From positions 893 to 64,892 of the forward strand of contig CALHVU010000052.1 in the NCBI GenBank assembly GCA_938036925.1: a stretch of 64,000 nt of DNA, read 5' to 3'. The notes under the pieces are model-generated. The model was not told the origin of the DNA, did no database searches, and saw only the letters and a list, made by a program, of their open reading frames with translations. Below, piece after piece: positions 52,910 to 61,173 of the stretch (positions are counted from its first letter, which is position 1; every line of letters begins with the position of its first letter). Origin of the DNA: an uncultured Atopobium sp. Its GTDB lineage: Bacteria > Actinomycetota > Coriobacteriia > Coriobacteriales > Atopobiaceae. Both the position numbers and the translations under genes were made by a program.

Positions 52910-53863
52910 ATGAGTGGCGAAGTGGAACCCGCATCAGAACTCACGCCAGAGCTGCGCGAGTTTGTCGAGTTCGTAGCCAAGAAAGGTCGCGAGTTGTATC
53001 GCGATTTGCCTTGGCGTCGCACGTATGACCCGTATGCTATCTGGATTTCTGAGGTTATGCTTCAGCAGACGCAGGTCAGCCGCGTAGATGGCCGCTGGCA
53101 GAGGTGGCTGGAGCGCTTCCCAACGGTTGATGCGCTGGCTGCCACCGCGCCTTCGGACGTGCTTGAAGAATGGCAGGGCCTGGGCTACAACCGTCGTGCT
53201 TTGTCCGTGCATCGAGCTGCTCAGGCAATTTCTGAAGCAGGCGGAGTCTTTCCACAAGATCAAAAGGAGCTGGTAAAGCTTCCAGGTATTGGTCCCGCAA
53301 CTGCTGCGGGTATTCGTGCGTTTGCGTTTAATCTGCACGGCGTCTACCTGGAGACTAACGTGCGCACGGTCTTTCTGCACGAGTTGTATCCCCAGGCAGA
53401 AGGCGTGCCAGACTCCGAGCTTGTCCCGCTGGTAGAGCTCACGTGCCCTGCGAGTGTTGAGGACGCCGTGGACGCAGTCGCAGCGGGCGCTGATGCCGCT
53501 GTGAACACCGCAGCGGAGACCGACGAGACGAAGCTCACGCCACGTAGCTGGTACTACGCCCTTCTCGACTATGGCGCGTACCTGAAAAAAACCATTCCCA
53601 ACCCTTCACGAAGGTCCAAAAGCCACGTCAAGCAGTCGCGCTTTGAGGGATCTCATCGACAGAAGCGAGCTGAGCTCTTGCGCGTCCTTCTCGCCCATAA
53701 AGACGAAGGCGGAGCGGAGTTTGAGACGCTTCACCAGGAACTCTGCCAGATTGAGGTCAATGCGGGGCGAGAAACCCTTGATGAGCAGGTTACCCTTGGC
53801 TTACTTGAAGAACTTGCGAAGGAAGGCTTTTGTCAGAAAAATGATGAATACTGGTTGCCCTAA
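52910..53863 (+). CDS. HhH-GPD base-excision glycosylase, MutY/EndoIII-related, no Cys4 Fe-S loop seen
   Basis: LPWRRTYDPYAIWISEVMLQQTQV, WQGLGYNRRA, LPGIGPATAAG. LETNV sits where MutY has xDGNV. No C-x6-C-x2-C-x5-C motif. Confidence 0.7.
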   Translation: MSGEVEPASELTPELREFVEFVAKKGRELYRDLPWRRTYDPYAIWISEVMLQQTQVSRVDGRWQRWLERFPTVDALAATAPSDVLEEWQGLGYNRRALSVHRAAQAISEAGGVFPQDQKELVKLPGIGPATAAGIRAFAFNLHGVYLETNVRTVFLHELYPQAEGVPDSELVPLVELTCPASVEDAVDAVAAGADAAVNTAAETDETKLTPRSWYYALLDYGAYLKKTIPNPSRRSKSHVKQSRFEGSHRQKRAELLRVLLAHKDEGGAEFETLHQELCQIEVNAGRETLDEQVTLGLLEELAKEGFCQKNDEYWLP

Positions 53864-53915
53864 ATGGTTATAATTCATAGTGCTGACGAAGGGGTCAGTA
53901 TATGAACATAAGTGC

Positions 53916-53929
53916 TAATGATTATCATT
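53916..53929. promoter_or_regulatory. Fur-family (PerR/Fur-like) box upstream of rubrerythrin
   Basis: TAATGAT-T-ATCATT, a 7-1-7-like inverted repeat 112 bp before the ATG at 54041. Confidence 0.5.
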
Positions 53930-54040
53930 TGCATTTGTTCACCACAGGTAACACGGCGCTACCCAGGCGCTTAACATCGCGCTCACAAGCGCTTTGACAT
54001 GCGTTAACGTGCCACTCGTTAGCGCGGGAGAGGAGAAAAA

Positions 54041-54586
54041 ATGGCAGTAGATTTTGAGAATTCTCAGACAAAGAAGAACCTCGAGGCAGCTTTTGCTGGT
54101 GAGTCCCAGGCTACCAACAAGTACAGCTACTATGCTTCCCAGGCTGCAAAAGATGGTTATCAGCAGATTTCCAACATTTTCACCGAGACTTCTGGCAACG
54201 AGAAAGTTCACGCTAAGCTTTGGTTCAAGTATCTCCACGGTGGCAAGATTCCAGAGACTGCAGAGAACCTCAAGGACGCAGCTGCTGGTGAGAACTACGA
54301 GTGGACTACCATGTACGCTGACTTCGCTAAGGTAGCTGAGGAGGAGGGCTTCGCAGAGATCGCTGCTAAGTTCCGTCTTGTCGGCAACATCGAGAAGACT
54401 CACGAGGAGCGCTATCAGAAGCTTCTTGAGCGCGTTGAGTCCGGTGAGGTCTTTGAGCGCGAGGGTGTCAAGGTTTGGAAGTGCCTCAAGTGCGGTCACC
54501 TGCACGTTGGCGCATCTGCACCAAAGGTCTGCCCAGTCTGCGGTCACCCACAGGCATACTTCGAGGAGCAGTCCCTCAACTACTAA
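54041..54586 (+). CDS. rbr: Rubrerythrin
   Basis: [16 protein letters not shown] diiron four-helix domain plus C-terminal rubredoxin CLKCG...CPVCG. Confidence 0.95.
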   Translation: MAVDFENSQTKKNLEAAFAGESQATNKYSYYASQAAKDGYQQISNIFTETSGNEKVHAKLWFKYLHGGKIPETAENLKDAAAGENYEWTTMYADFAKVAEEEGFAEIAAKFRLVGNIEKTHEERYQKLLERVESGEVFEREGVKVWKCLKCGHLHVGASAPKVCPVCGHPQAYFEEQSLNY

Positions 54587-54653
54587 GTTGCAGGTGCTCT
54601 GAGCTGCGCGACCGTGCGGAGTTGCAGCTCAGCCTTCTAGTGCGTTAAAATGT

Positions 54654-54692
54654 ACCCGCCAGCAAGTCAATGGCCTGCTGGCGGGTATTTTT
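54654..54692 (+). terminator. Rho-independent terminator of rbr
   Basis: ACCCGCCAGCA-loop-TGCTGGCGGGT followed by ATTTTT. Confidence 0.8.
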
Positions 54693-54707
54693 GTGCGTGG
54701 ATGTTGC

Positions 54708-54727
54708 GGCGAGACGGGTTTCTCGCC
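54708..54727. repeat. Short hairpin formed by the abundant word and a partial inverted copy
   Basis: GGCGAGA-CGGGTT-TCTCGCC. The exact GGGTTTCTCGCC is at 54716-54727. Confidence 0.8.
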
Positions 54728-54762
54728 AGGCGCGCCGTGCGCTCGGGTCGCGCCTGATTTCT

Positions 54763-54858
54763 GCAAAGAATCTGTAACATTTGCCTAAAAACATCAAAGA
54801 ATCGGTGGATTTGCCTGATTTTGTCAAAGAATCGGTGGCTCAAATACAGATTCTTTGC
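54763..54858. repeat. 13-bp inverted repeat bracketing two 30-bp tandem units
   Basis: GCAAAGAATCTGT at 54763, ATTTGCCTAAAAACATCAAAGAATCGGTGG at 54779, ATTTGCCTGATTTTGTCAAAGAATCGGTGG at 54809, ACAGATTCTTTGC at 54846. Further repeats (GCACTTTTCAGGCA x2, TTTCTCGyyATGTCTGAGTAA x2) extend to 55027. Confidence 0.85.
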
Positions 54859-55152
54859 ACTTTTCAGGCAGACTTTAAAGCGCGTCCGAGTTTGCCCTTC
54901 CATGGAGCCTGATTTTCTCGCCATGTCTGAGTAATTTGCCGGAAAAGTTCACCAAGTCTGAGCTATTTGCCGGTTTTTCTCGTTATGTCTGAGTAAATGT
55001 ACTCAGACTTCATGCACTTTTCAGGCACGCAATTTCAAGCCTCACTGATAGAGCTCACGCATCACCGCAGAAACCATGTGTTATCTGCGCCAAGTCGAGC
55101 TAGATCCGCAAAACCGTATATACTCGAATGAAGCGTTATCTGGCGAGAAGCC

Positions 55153-55303
55153 CCGTGTGCTCGGAACCCTCGTGGACCCGTCGCTCGACACGGACCCGCC
55201 GCTCGTCAAGAACCCGCCGCTCGTAACGGACCCGCTGCTCGTCACGAACCCGCTGCTCGTCACGGACCCGCCGTCCCTCGTGGACCCGGCGCGCGCCGCG
55301 GGC
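55153..55303. repeat. 18-bp tandem array (about 7-8 units) upstream of the antiporter
   Basis: CCGTCGCTCGACACGGAC / CCGCCGCTCGTCAAGAAC / CCGCCGCTCGTAACGGAC / CCGCTGCTCGTCACGAAC / CCGCTGCTCGTCACGGAC / CCGCCGTCCCTCGTGGAC / CCGGCGCGCGCCGCGGGC. Preceded by GGCGAGAAGCCC at 55142. Confidence 0.85.
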
Positions 55304-55341
55304 TCGCCGCCATTGCCACCCACGACCAGGAAGGAAGCCTG

Positions 55342-57642
55342 TTGGAGACATTCGAATTTGTGCTCATTGTTCTGACCTGCGTCGCGGCTTCCTCGGTTAT
55401 CGACAAGTTTGTCAACGTCTCCATCCCCGTTATCCAGGTTGTTATCGGTCTGCTTGTTGCGCTCGTGCTGCCCAACGTCCAGGAGGTTCACCTGGAATCC
55501 GAGCTCTTTATGCTGCTCTTTATTGCCCCACTCCTGTTCAACGAGACGAGAGAAACCAACATTCGTGCACTTCTTCTCAATCTGAACAGTATTTTGTCGC
55601 TGGTGATTGCTCTGGTAGTTGTCAGCGTGCTTTCGGTCGGCTATGCCCTCCACCTCATGGTCCCCTCAATTCCTCTAGCTGCGGCGTTTGCGCTGGCCTC
55701 GGCCCTGGGACCAACCGATGCAGCCACCGTCACCGCGCTTAAATCCAACATCCACCTGACCCATCGCCAGCAAACGCTTCTCTCGGGAGAGTCCTTGATT
55801 AACGACGCATCCGGCGTCGTTGCATTCCAGTTCTCCGTAGCTGCGGCTGTGACGGGTGCGTTCTCGCTGGTAGACGCAGCGGGATCTTTCACAGTGCTTT
55901 TTGTGGGCGGCGTGGCAATGGGAATTGTCACTGGCTTTGCCTTCTCTGCCATCAACGCAATGCTTGGTAGGTTGGGTTACGAGGACACCGTTGCAAACGT
56001 CCTCTATGAAGTACTGACACCGTTTCTTGTCTATCTTCTTGCCGAAACCTTCCACGTTTCTGGCGTACTTGCTGTTGTAGCAGCCGGCTTGGTGATTGCG
56101 CTCCCACGAAGGCAGAGCAATAATGCGCTATTTGCAAGGCAAAAATTGGTCTCAGATTCCACGTGGAAAGTCATCAGCTTCCTCATCAACGGCACCATCT
56201 TTGTCTTCCTAGGAATGCAGCTCCCCCTTGCCGTGCTTCCTGGCACCAACGGCGGCCTCAATATCCTGCAGATTCTAGGAATTGTTGTCGTGATTACCCT
56301 GTTCATGCACGGTGTCCGCTTCGCATGGCTCTACGCGCTGGAAACTTACAAGCTCCACAAGGGCGGTCATCTCTGCACCGGAAAAGACGCCGTCGACGGC
56401 GAGAATGACCTCGCAGGTAGCAGCCCCGACGGCGAGAAACCCGACCAGCCGCTCGCTGAACTGGGCTCGGAGCAAACCTCGGAGCAGATCGCTGAGCAGC
56501 CCAAACCCACGTGCGCCATAAAGCCCATCTCAATCACGTCGGCCGAGGTCATCAAGAACGTGCTGGTTACCACTGTTGCAGGTGCAAAAGGTGCGGTAAC
56601 GTTATCGATTATCCTCACCTTGCCTCTCACAACACAGTCCGGAGCAGCGTTTCCGCAGAGGGATCTGCTGATTACCATCGCCGCCGGCGTTATTCTCGCC
56701 ACGTTGCTTTTAGCGGACAATCTGTTACCCGTGCTATCAAAGTCCCCTGAAGCAGACTCTGACCTGCCCGAACGTCTCCATGAGGGAGAGATTGCCGTCT
56801 TGGAAGCAACGCTTGCGGAGCTCAGGAGATTGCTGCAGTCGGAAAACTCCAAAGCAAAGTATCTACCTGCGCTTTGTTTGACTATCACGCGCTATACCAA
56901 CCGCTTGTTTGCCTCTCGCATCACTGTCCCTGGCTCGGGAGAACTTGTCAAAAAGCTGGTCCTTCACGAGACAGAAGTCCAGCAGAAATGCCTCGAGGAG
57001 CTACGTGAGCGCCATATTAAAACGCACAACCCCATTCCGTGGGATCAAATTGTCGATGACATTACTTCAATCCGCAGGTCAGTAGGCTATTACGGACCTA
57101 TTGCAAATATTGCTGCAACAACAAACCACCGCTCGCGTATTACCGTTGCTCTTCACGAGCTTAAGCTGGCAGCGCAACGCATCATCGACGGCGAAATCAG
57201 GCACCTTGAAGACGCAGACCAGTCCTACTACCAGGCGTGTTTATACGCGCTTGAGATGGAATACGCGGAGCTTGATGACCTGGAACGCATCGCTAACGGT
57301 GACGATGAGGAGTTGGCGGTCATCGCATCTAATCTGATGATCGACCACGAGTCAGCAATTGAGTCCATCTGGGGCCGCATCAATATCAATGATGAGCATG
57401 ACTCCAGCACCACCCAAGTCTCCTACCTGCTGCCTTACAACCTGAGCTCACACAAGATGTCGCCTCACTTTAGGCAGCAGATTGCGGACGCTCGAAAATA
57501 CGCCGACGACGTGGCAGAAAACGCCCTGCGCATTGAGTTGGACCAGATTTCGCGCCTGCAGTTTGAGGGTGTCATCGACCGCGAGGTTGCCTCTCACCTG
57601 CGCGAGAACGTCTACTACCTGCAAATGACGTTGAGTGAGTAG
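55342..57642 (+). CDS. CPA1-family Na+/H+ (cation/proton) antiporter with a long cytoplasmic C-terminal domain
   Basis: METFEFVLIVLTCVAASSVIDKFV... N-terminus typical of the YjcE/NhaP2 type, about 12 TM, then a soluble domain of about 330 aa. TTG start with an AGGAAGGAAG RBS. Confidence 0.8.
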   Translation: METFEFVLIVLTCVAASSVIDKFVNVSIPVIQVVIGLLVALVLPNVQEVHLESELFMLLFIAPLLFNETRETNIRALLLNLNSILSLVIALVVVSVLSVGYALHLMVPSIPLAAAFALASALGPTDAATVTALKSNIHLTHRQQTLLSGESLINDASGVVAFQFSVAAAVTGAFSLVDAAGSFTVLFVGGVAMGIVTGFAFSAINAMLGRLGYEDTVANVLYEVLTPFLVYLLAETFHVSGVLAVVAAGLVIALPRRQSNNALFARQKLVSDSTWKVISFLINGTIFVFLGMQLPLAVLPGTNGGLNILQILGIVVVITLFMHGVRFAWLYALETYKLHKGGHLCTGKDAVDGENDLAGSSPDGEKPDQPLAELGSEQTSEQIAEQPKPTCAIKPISITSAEVIKNVLVTTVAGAKGAVTLSIILTLPLTTQSGAAFPQRDLLITIAAGVILATLLLADNLLPVLSKSPEADSDLPERLHEGEIAVLEATLAELRRLLQSENSKAKYLPALCLTITRYTNRLFASRITVPGSGELVKKLVLHETEVQQKCLEELRERHIKTHNPIPWDQIVDDITSIRRSVGYYGPIANIAATTNHRSRITVALHELKLAAQRIIDGEIRHLEDADQSYYQACLYALEMEYAELDDLERIANGDDEELAVIASNLMIDHESAIESIWGRININDEHDSSTTQVSYLLPYNLSSHKMSPHFRQQIADARKYADDVAENALRIELDQISRLQFEGVIDREVASHLRENVYYLQMTLSE

Positions 57643-57643
57643 C

Positions 57644-58408
57644 ATGAGCGCTACACCAGATACGCACCACGCCGCCGATGCGGCTACACATCCCATCGCC
57701 GATGCAGCTACACACCCCGCCAACCCCATGGCGAGAAAAACAATCATCTCCGGACTTTTCATCCACACGCAGATGTCCTCTGTAGCAGGAGCTCCTATTG
57801 TCTACCTCTTGGGTGACGTGGCCGACAACTCCCCCATTCAGGTACCTGAGGGCGTCAGCCTAGTGAACATTGGAGTTGACCTGTGGGAAGAGAACTTCTC
57901 GCCCTGGTGCGCCCCGCGCGTTTTTGCCAAGGGTCCCAACTTTGGCGACGGCGCCCAGAAAACGCTCGATACCCTTATCAACCAGGTCATCCCCTGGGCG
58001 GAGTCGGAGCTTACCGATCCGCCGGCATATAGGGTGTTTGTGGGATACTCGCTTGCTGGCCTGTTCAGCCTCTGGGCCGGCTTATCACAGGCTTGCATCA
58101 CGCCTATCCCAACCTTCCAGCGCATTGGAGCTGTCTCCGGATCGTTTTGGTTCCCAGGGCTTTTGGACTACGTAGATCAGCAGCTCAGAGGAGGGGCGGT
58201 CAGCCTCACACACGCTTATCTTTCTTTGGGCGACCGAGAAGCACGAACCCCCAATCCACAAATAATGCACGTGCGAGAAAACGCAGAGCTTCTCGCCAGC
58301 AGGTTTGAGAGTGCAGGATTAACCTCAATGTTTGAGCTGAACCGTGGGAATCACTTCCAAAACGTTGAAGGCAGAATGCAGAAAGCTCTGGACTGGCTGG
58401 TCAAATAG
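57644..58408 (+). CDS. Alpha/beta-hydrolase esterase (putative-esterase / IroE-like family)
   Basis: GYSLAG nucleophile elbow and a later LSLGDRE...H pattern. Start uncertain (ATG 57644 or 57728). A 21-bp tandem duplication lies in the 5' region. Confidence 0.7.
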   Translation: MSATPDTHHAADAATHPIADAATHPANPMARKTIISGLFIHTQMSSVAGAPIVYLLGDVADNSPIQVPEGVSLVNIGVDLWEENFSPWCAPRVFAKGPNFGDGAQKTLDTLINQVIPWAESELTDPPAYRVFVGYSLAGLFSLWAGLSQACITPIPTFQRIGAVSGSFWFPGLLDYVDQQLRGGAVSLTHAYLSLGDREARTPNPQIMHVRENAELLASRFESAGLTSMFELNRGNHFQNVEGRMQKALDWLVK

Positions 58409-58447
58409 GGTAAGATTCTTCAGAACACACGTGTCCAGAGAGGTTTT

Positions 58448-59809
58448 ATGCCCAATCCAAAGCAATTTGACAGCAAAACTGAATCACCCGGTACAGCCTC
58501 CGGCAAGCAGTCTGACTACTTATTTGCGCTCATTCTTTCCCTGGTATTTGGCATTTTTGGTATTCCGCAGTTTTATCTTAAAGGCTGGAAATCGGGACTT
58601 ACCAGGCTTGCCATAAACGCAGCGCTGATTGTCGGCGCATTTGCCCTGGCACAAACTCTTACCTCGCCGTCGATGCTTTCTTACCTCCTACCAGCAATTT
58701 TTTCGCTTCCGGTTATCGAGAGTGCTCTGAACCTTATCTATGAGGATGCCAGTGCTCCCAAAAAGCTCCTAAAAGGCAAGCTCAAACCACATAAACGATA
58801 CGCCGGAAAGCAGAAAGCTGGAATCGCGCTCGCCACGCTGACGGTAGCGCTCTACTTTAGCGCAGCGCTCACGCAGCCGCTTCCAACCACCCTATCACCT
58901 GTGGGATCCTTGGGCCAACAAACCGCAGTTCAAGCGCCTGGCGGGTCCTCCCAATCAGACTCCAGCGTGCCGTCTGCTACCGCACAGGCCAGTACAAACG
59001 TCACTATCAAGTTCATCGACGTAGGCCAAGGAGAGGCTATTCTCATTGCACTTCCCGAGAAAACCATGCTCATCGACGCAGGCCCCACAGGATCTGCTCC
59101 AAAAATTGCCCAAGTGCTCCAAGAACTTGGCCGAAACAAGATTGATTACCTGGTAGCCACCCATCCCGACGAAGATCACATCGGTGGTATGGCGGACGTC
59201 ATTTCCAACACCCAAATTGGGACCATTTACGCACCAAATAAGACAAACAACACGGCAACATACAGAAAGTTTCTGACCGCTATCCAGAACAATAACCTGC
59301 AGATAACCCTTGCCGAAGCAGGCACTATCATCGACCAAACCGACAGTTACAAGCTAGAAATTCTCTGGCCCAAAAAAGACGCAAATTTCCCCGAAACCAA
59401 CGATTACTCGATAATCATTAAGCTGACCGTTGGCAACAAAACGTTCCTCTTCACAGGAGACGCGCCCACAAATGCCATCCTGAACTCCAATCCAGGTCAC
59501 ATTGACGTGCTCAAACTCTCCCATCACGGCTCTCGAACAGGCACTACCGAGGTGCTGATTCACAAGCTCTCGCCCACCTACGCCGTCCTCTCGTACGCCG
59601 TGGACAACTCCTACGGCCACCCCATGCAGTCAGTCCTGAATGCCCTCCGCAAACATTCCGTTGAGGTCTGGGGCACGGGTGCCAATGGAACCATTACTAT
59701 TACCTGCGATGGTACAAACATTGATATATCTGGCGAGAAACCCGGCACGGTTGTAGCTCCAACCTCACAAGATAAATCTGGCACGTCGTCAAAATCGAGG
59801 ACCAAGTAA
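58448..59809 (+). CDS. TM2-domain plus ComEC-type metallo-beta-lactamase-fold protein
   Basis: N-terminal TM2-like segment (YLFALILSLVFGIFGIPQFYLKGW). C-terminal MBL domain (IKFIDVGQGEAILI, LVATHPDEDHIGG, LKLSHHGS). Confidence 0.8.
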   Translation: MPNPKQFDSKTESPGTASGKQSDYLFALILSLVFGIFGIPQFYLKGWKSGLTRLAINAALIVGAFALAQTLTSPSMLSYLLPAIFSLPVIESALNLIYEDASAPKKLLKGKLKPHKRYAGKQKAGIALATLTVALYFSAALTQPLPTTLSPVGSLGQQTAVQAPGGSSQSDSSVPSATAQASTNVTIKFIDVGQGEAILIALPEKTMLIDAGPTGSAPKIAQVLQELGRNKIDYLVATHPDEDHIGGMADVISNTQIGTIYAPNKTNNTATYRKFLTAIQNNNLQITLAEAGTIIDQTDSYKLEILWPKKDANFPETNDYSIIIKLTVGNKTFLFTGDAPTNAILNSNPGHIDVLKLSHHGSRTGTTEVLIHKLSPTYAVLSYAVDNSYGHPMQSVLNALRKHSVEVWGTGANGTITITCDGTNIDISGEKPGTVVAPTSQDKSGTSSKSRTK

Positions 59810-60054
59810 TGAAAGCAATCATTGATCGATTTGAAGACAACAATCTTGCCGTGCTTGAACTAAACGATCAGCCAGGCAATATATTTACCGTTTCTGTTGA
59901 TGAGCTTCCAAGCAATGCTCGTCAGGGTGACGTTCTCTACTACCAAGACGGCTCGTGGACGCTAGCCGAGAAAGAGACAGCCCAGCGTCAATCCGATATC
60001 GATGAGCTGTTTAACTCCCTGCTTGCACACGATGATGACGCGTCAACCGAATAA
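59809..60054 (+). CDS. DUF3006-family small protein
   Basis: MKAIIDRFEDNNLAVLEL....LP.NARQGDVL pattern. Its ATG overlaps the upstream stop (TAATG). Confidence 0.75.
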   Translation: MKAIIDRFEDNNLAVLELNDQPGNIFTVSVDELPSNARQGDVLYYQDGSWTLAEKETAQRQSDIDELFNSLLAHDDDASTE

Positions 60055-60069
60055 TCCCAGATAAAAGTA

Positions 60070-60139
60070 AAAATATGCGATTTTAGAATATTTATAAAAC
60101 TGCACGTCAACCTATAAATATTCGATTTTCGCATATTTT
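60070..60139. repeat. Long imperfect A/T-rich inverted repeat
   Basis: AAATATGCGA..GAATATTTAT (60070-60095) versus ATAAATATTC..TCGCATATTT (60114-60139). Two 10-bp perfectly complementary blocks per arm. Confidence 0.7.
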
Positions 60140-60166
60140 GTAACATACCCTTTTACCTGCATAAAT

Positions 60167-60192
60167 AAAAAAGCGTCTTCACGAGAAGGACG
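60167..60192 (-). terminator. Terminator of the flavodoxin gene
   Basis: CGTCCTTC-loop-GAAGACG on the minus strand, followed by TTTTTT. Confidence 0.7.
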
Positions 60193-60330
60193 TCTGTGTA
60201 GAGCACTTTTATCCAAGACAAAATGTGATATATTAAAGATTGCTGGTGGCGCAGTTTCGCTCTGCATAGAGGGAGGACACGCCACCCGCTTTATAAAGCC
60301 ACGATAGCCGCAGCCATTCTCTTCTCATCT

Positions 60331-60816
60331 TCAGCTAGAAGTACTCGCATCGTCTAACCCTATCAAATCCAGCCATTTTTGCACTTCACTAAAAGTATAC
60401 GTGCCTTTTACCGCCAATCCTGGTATCACACGAGAAGCACCGCATTCTCTCTGATACTCCTCAATCATGTTGCCAAATCCTCCGCCGCCGTGCGTGCAGA
60501 ACGGAATGACAGTCTTTCCACTTAAATCTGTTGCCCGTAAAAACGAAAGCACCGGAGGGGCAAATGTCTTAAGCCAGTTAGGAGATCCTATAAAGACAGT
60601 ATCAAAGTCAGCAACATCTATATCGTATTGCATCAGTGCAGGACAAACGCCCTTTTCTATTTGAGCCCTGACCTCTTTTACTGCCGTGTTATACGAGAAA
60701 GAATACGAATCTTGAGGCTTAAGCTCCAGCAGCTCGGCATCTGTAATCAGCGCAATATCCTCCGCAAGCTTTCTTGTGATGCCGGAATACGAATAGTACA
60801 CAATCAAAGACTTCAT
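60331..60816 (-). CDS. Flavodoxin-family protein
   Basis: MKSLIVYYSYSGITRKLAE...FIGSPNW...IPFCTHGGGG pattern. Confidence 0.85.
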   Translation of the reverse strand: MKSLIVYYSYSGITRKLAEDIALITDAELLELKPQDSYSFSYNTAVKEVRAQIEKGVCPALMQYDIDVADFDTVFIGSPNWLKTFAPPVLSFLRATDLSGKTVIPFCTHGGGGFGNMIEEYQRECGASRVIPGLAVKGTYTFSEVQKWLDLIGLDDASTSS

Positions 60817-60968
60817 GTAAGAATCTCCACTACCAGCCGAGAATAACGTGCCGTTGAGGCATTACGTCAAATTATTTGCCACAAGTATAGTTGATAGGAT
60901 TAACCAACCAACGACTAATCGATTTCCCATGTCAGCCATATGCTATATTGAAGTAGAAGTGCCCCGGT

Positions 60969-60986
60969 TATCACCAATTGGTGATA
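60969..60986. promoter_or_regulatory. Perfect 18-bp palindrome, candidate HTH-repressor operator
   Basis: TATCACCAA|TTGGTGATA, 153 bp upstream of the flavodoxin start. Confidence 0.4.
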
Positions 60987-61035
60987 GCTGCGGCGCTTTT
61001 TTATTGATAAGCGTAAGCATGTTTAAATATACTAA

Positions 61036-61059
61036 ACAAAAAGCCGCCCTAAGGCGGCT
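61036..61059 (-). terminator. Terminator of the ATP-grasp gene
   Basis: AGCCGCC-TTAG-GGCGGCT on the minus strand, followed by TTTTTG. Confidence 0.8.
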
Positions 61060-61173
61060 AATCACAACGGCCAGGATTTGCACCTGGGTCATCTCCAACA
61101 AGGGCACTGCTAATTGTGCTACACGTTGTTGATGTAATTCTACATTCCTGAAATATAATGTCAACGAAATAGC

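Noticed and set aside
55076-55375. 99-aa ORF encoding DPPLV(K/T)-type hexapeptide repeats.
   Set aside because: It is a by-product of the 18-bp DNA array. It has no RBS, is out of frame with the antiporter, and overlaps the antiporter's start.
61060-61135. tRNA-like T-arm (CCAGG-TGCAAAT-CCTGG on the minus strand), possibly marking a tRNA fragment or att site.
   Set aside because: No acceptable acceptor, D or anticodon arms could be built around it.
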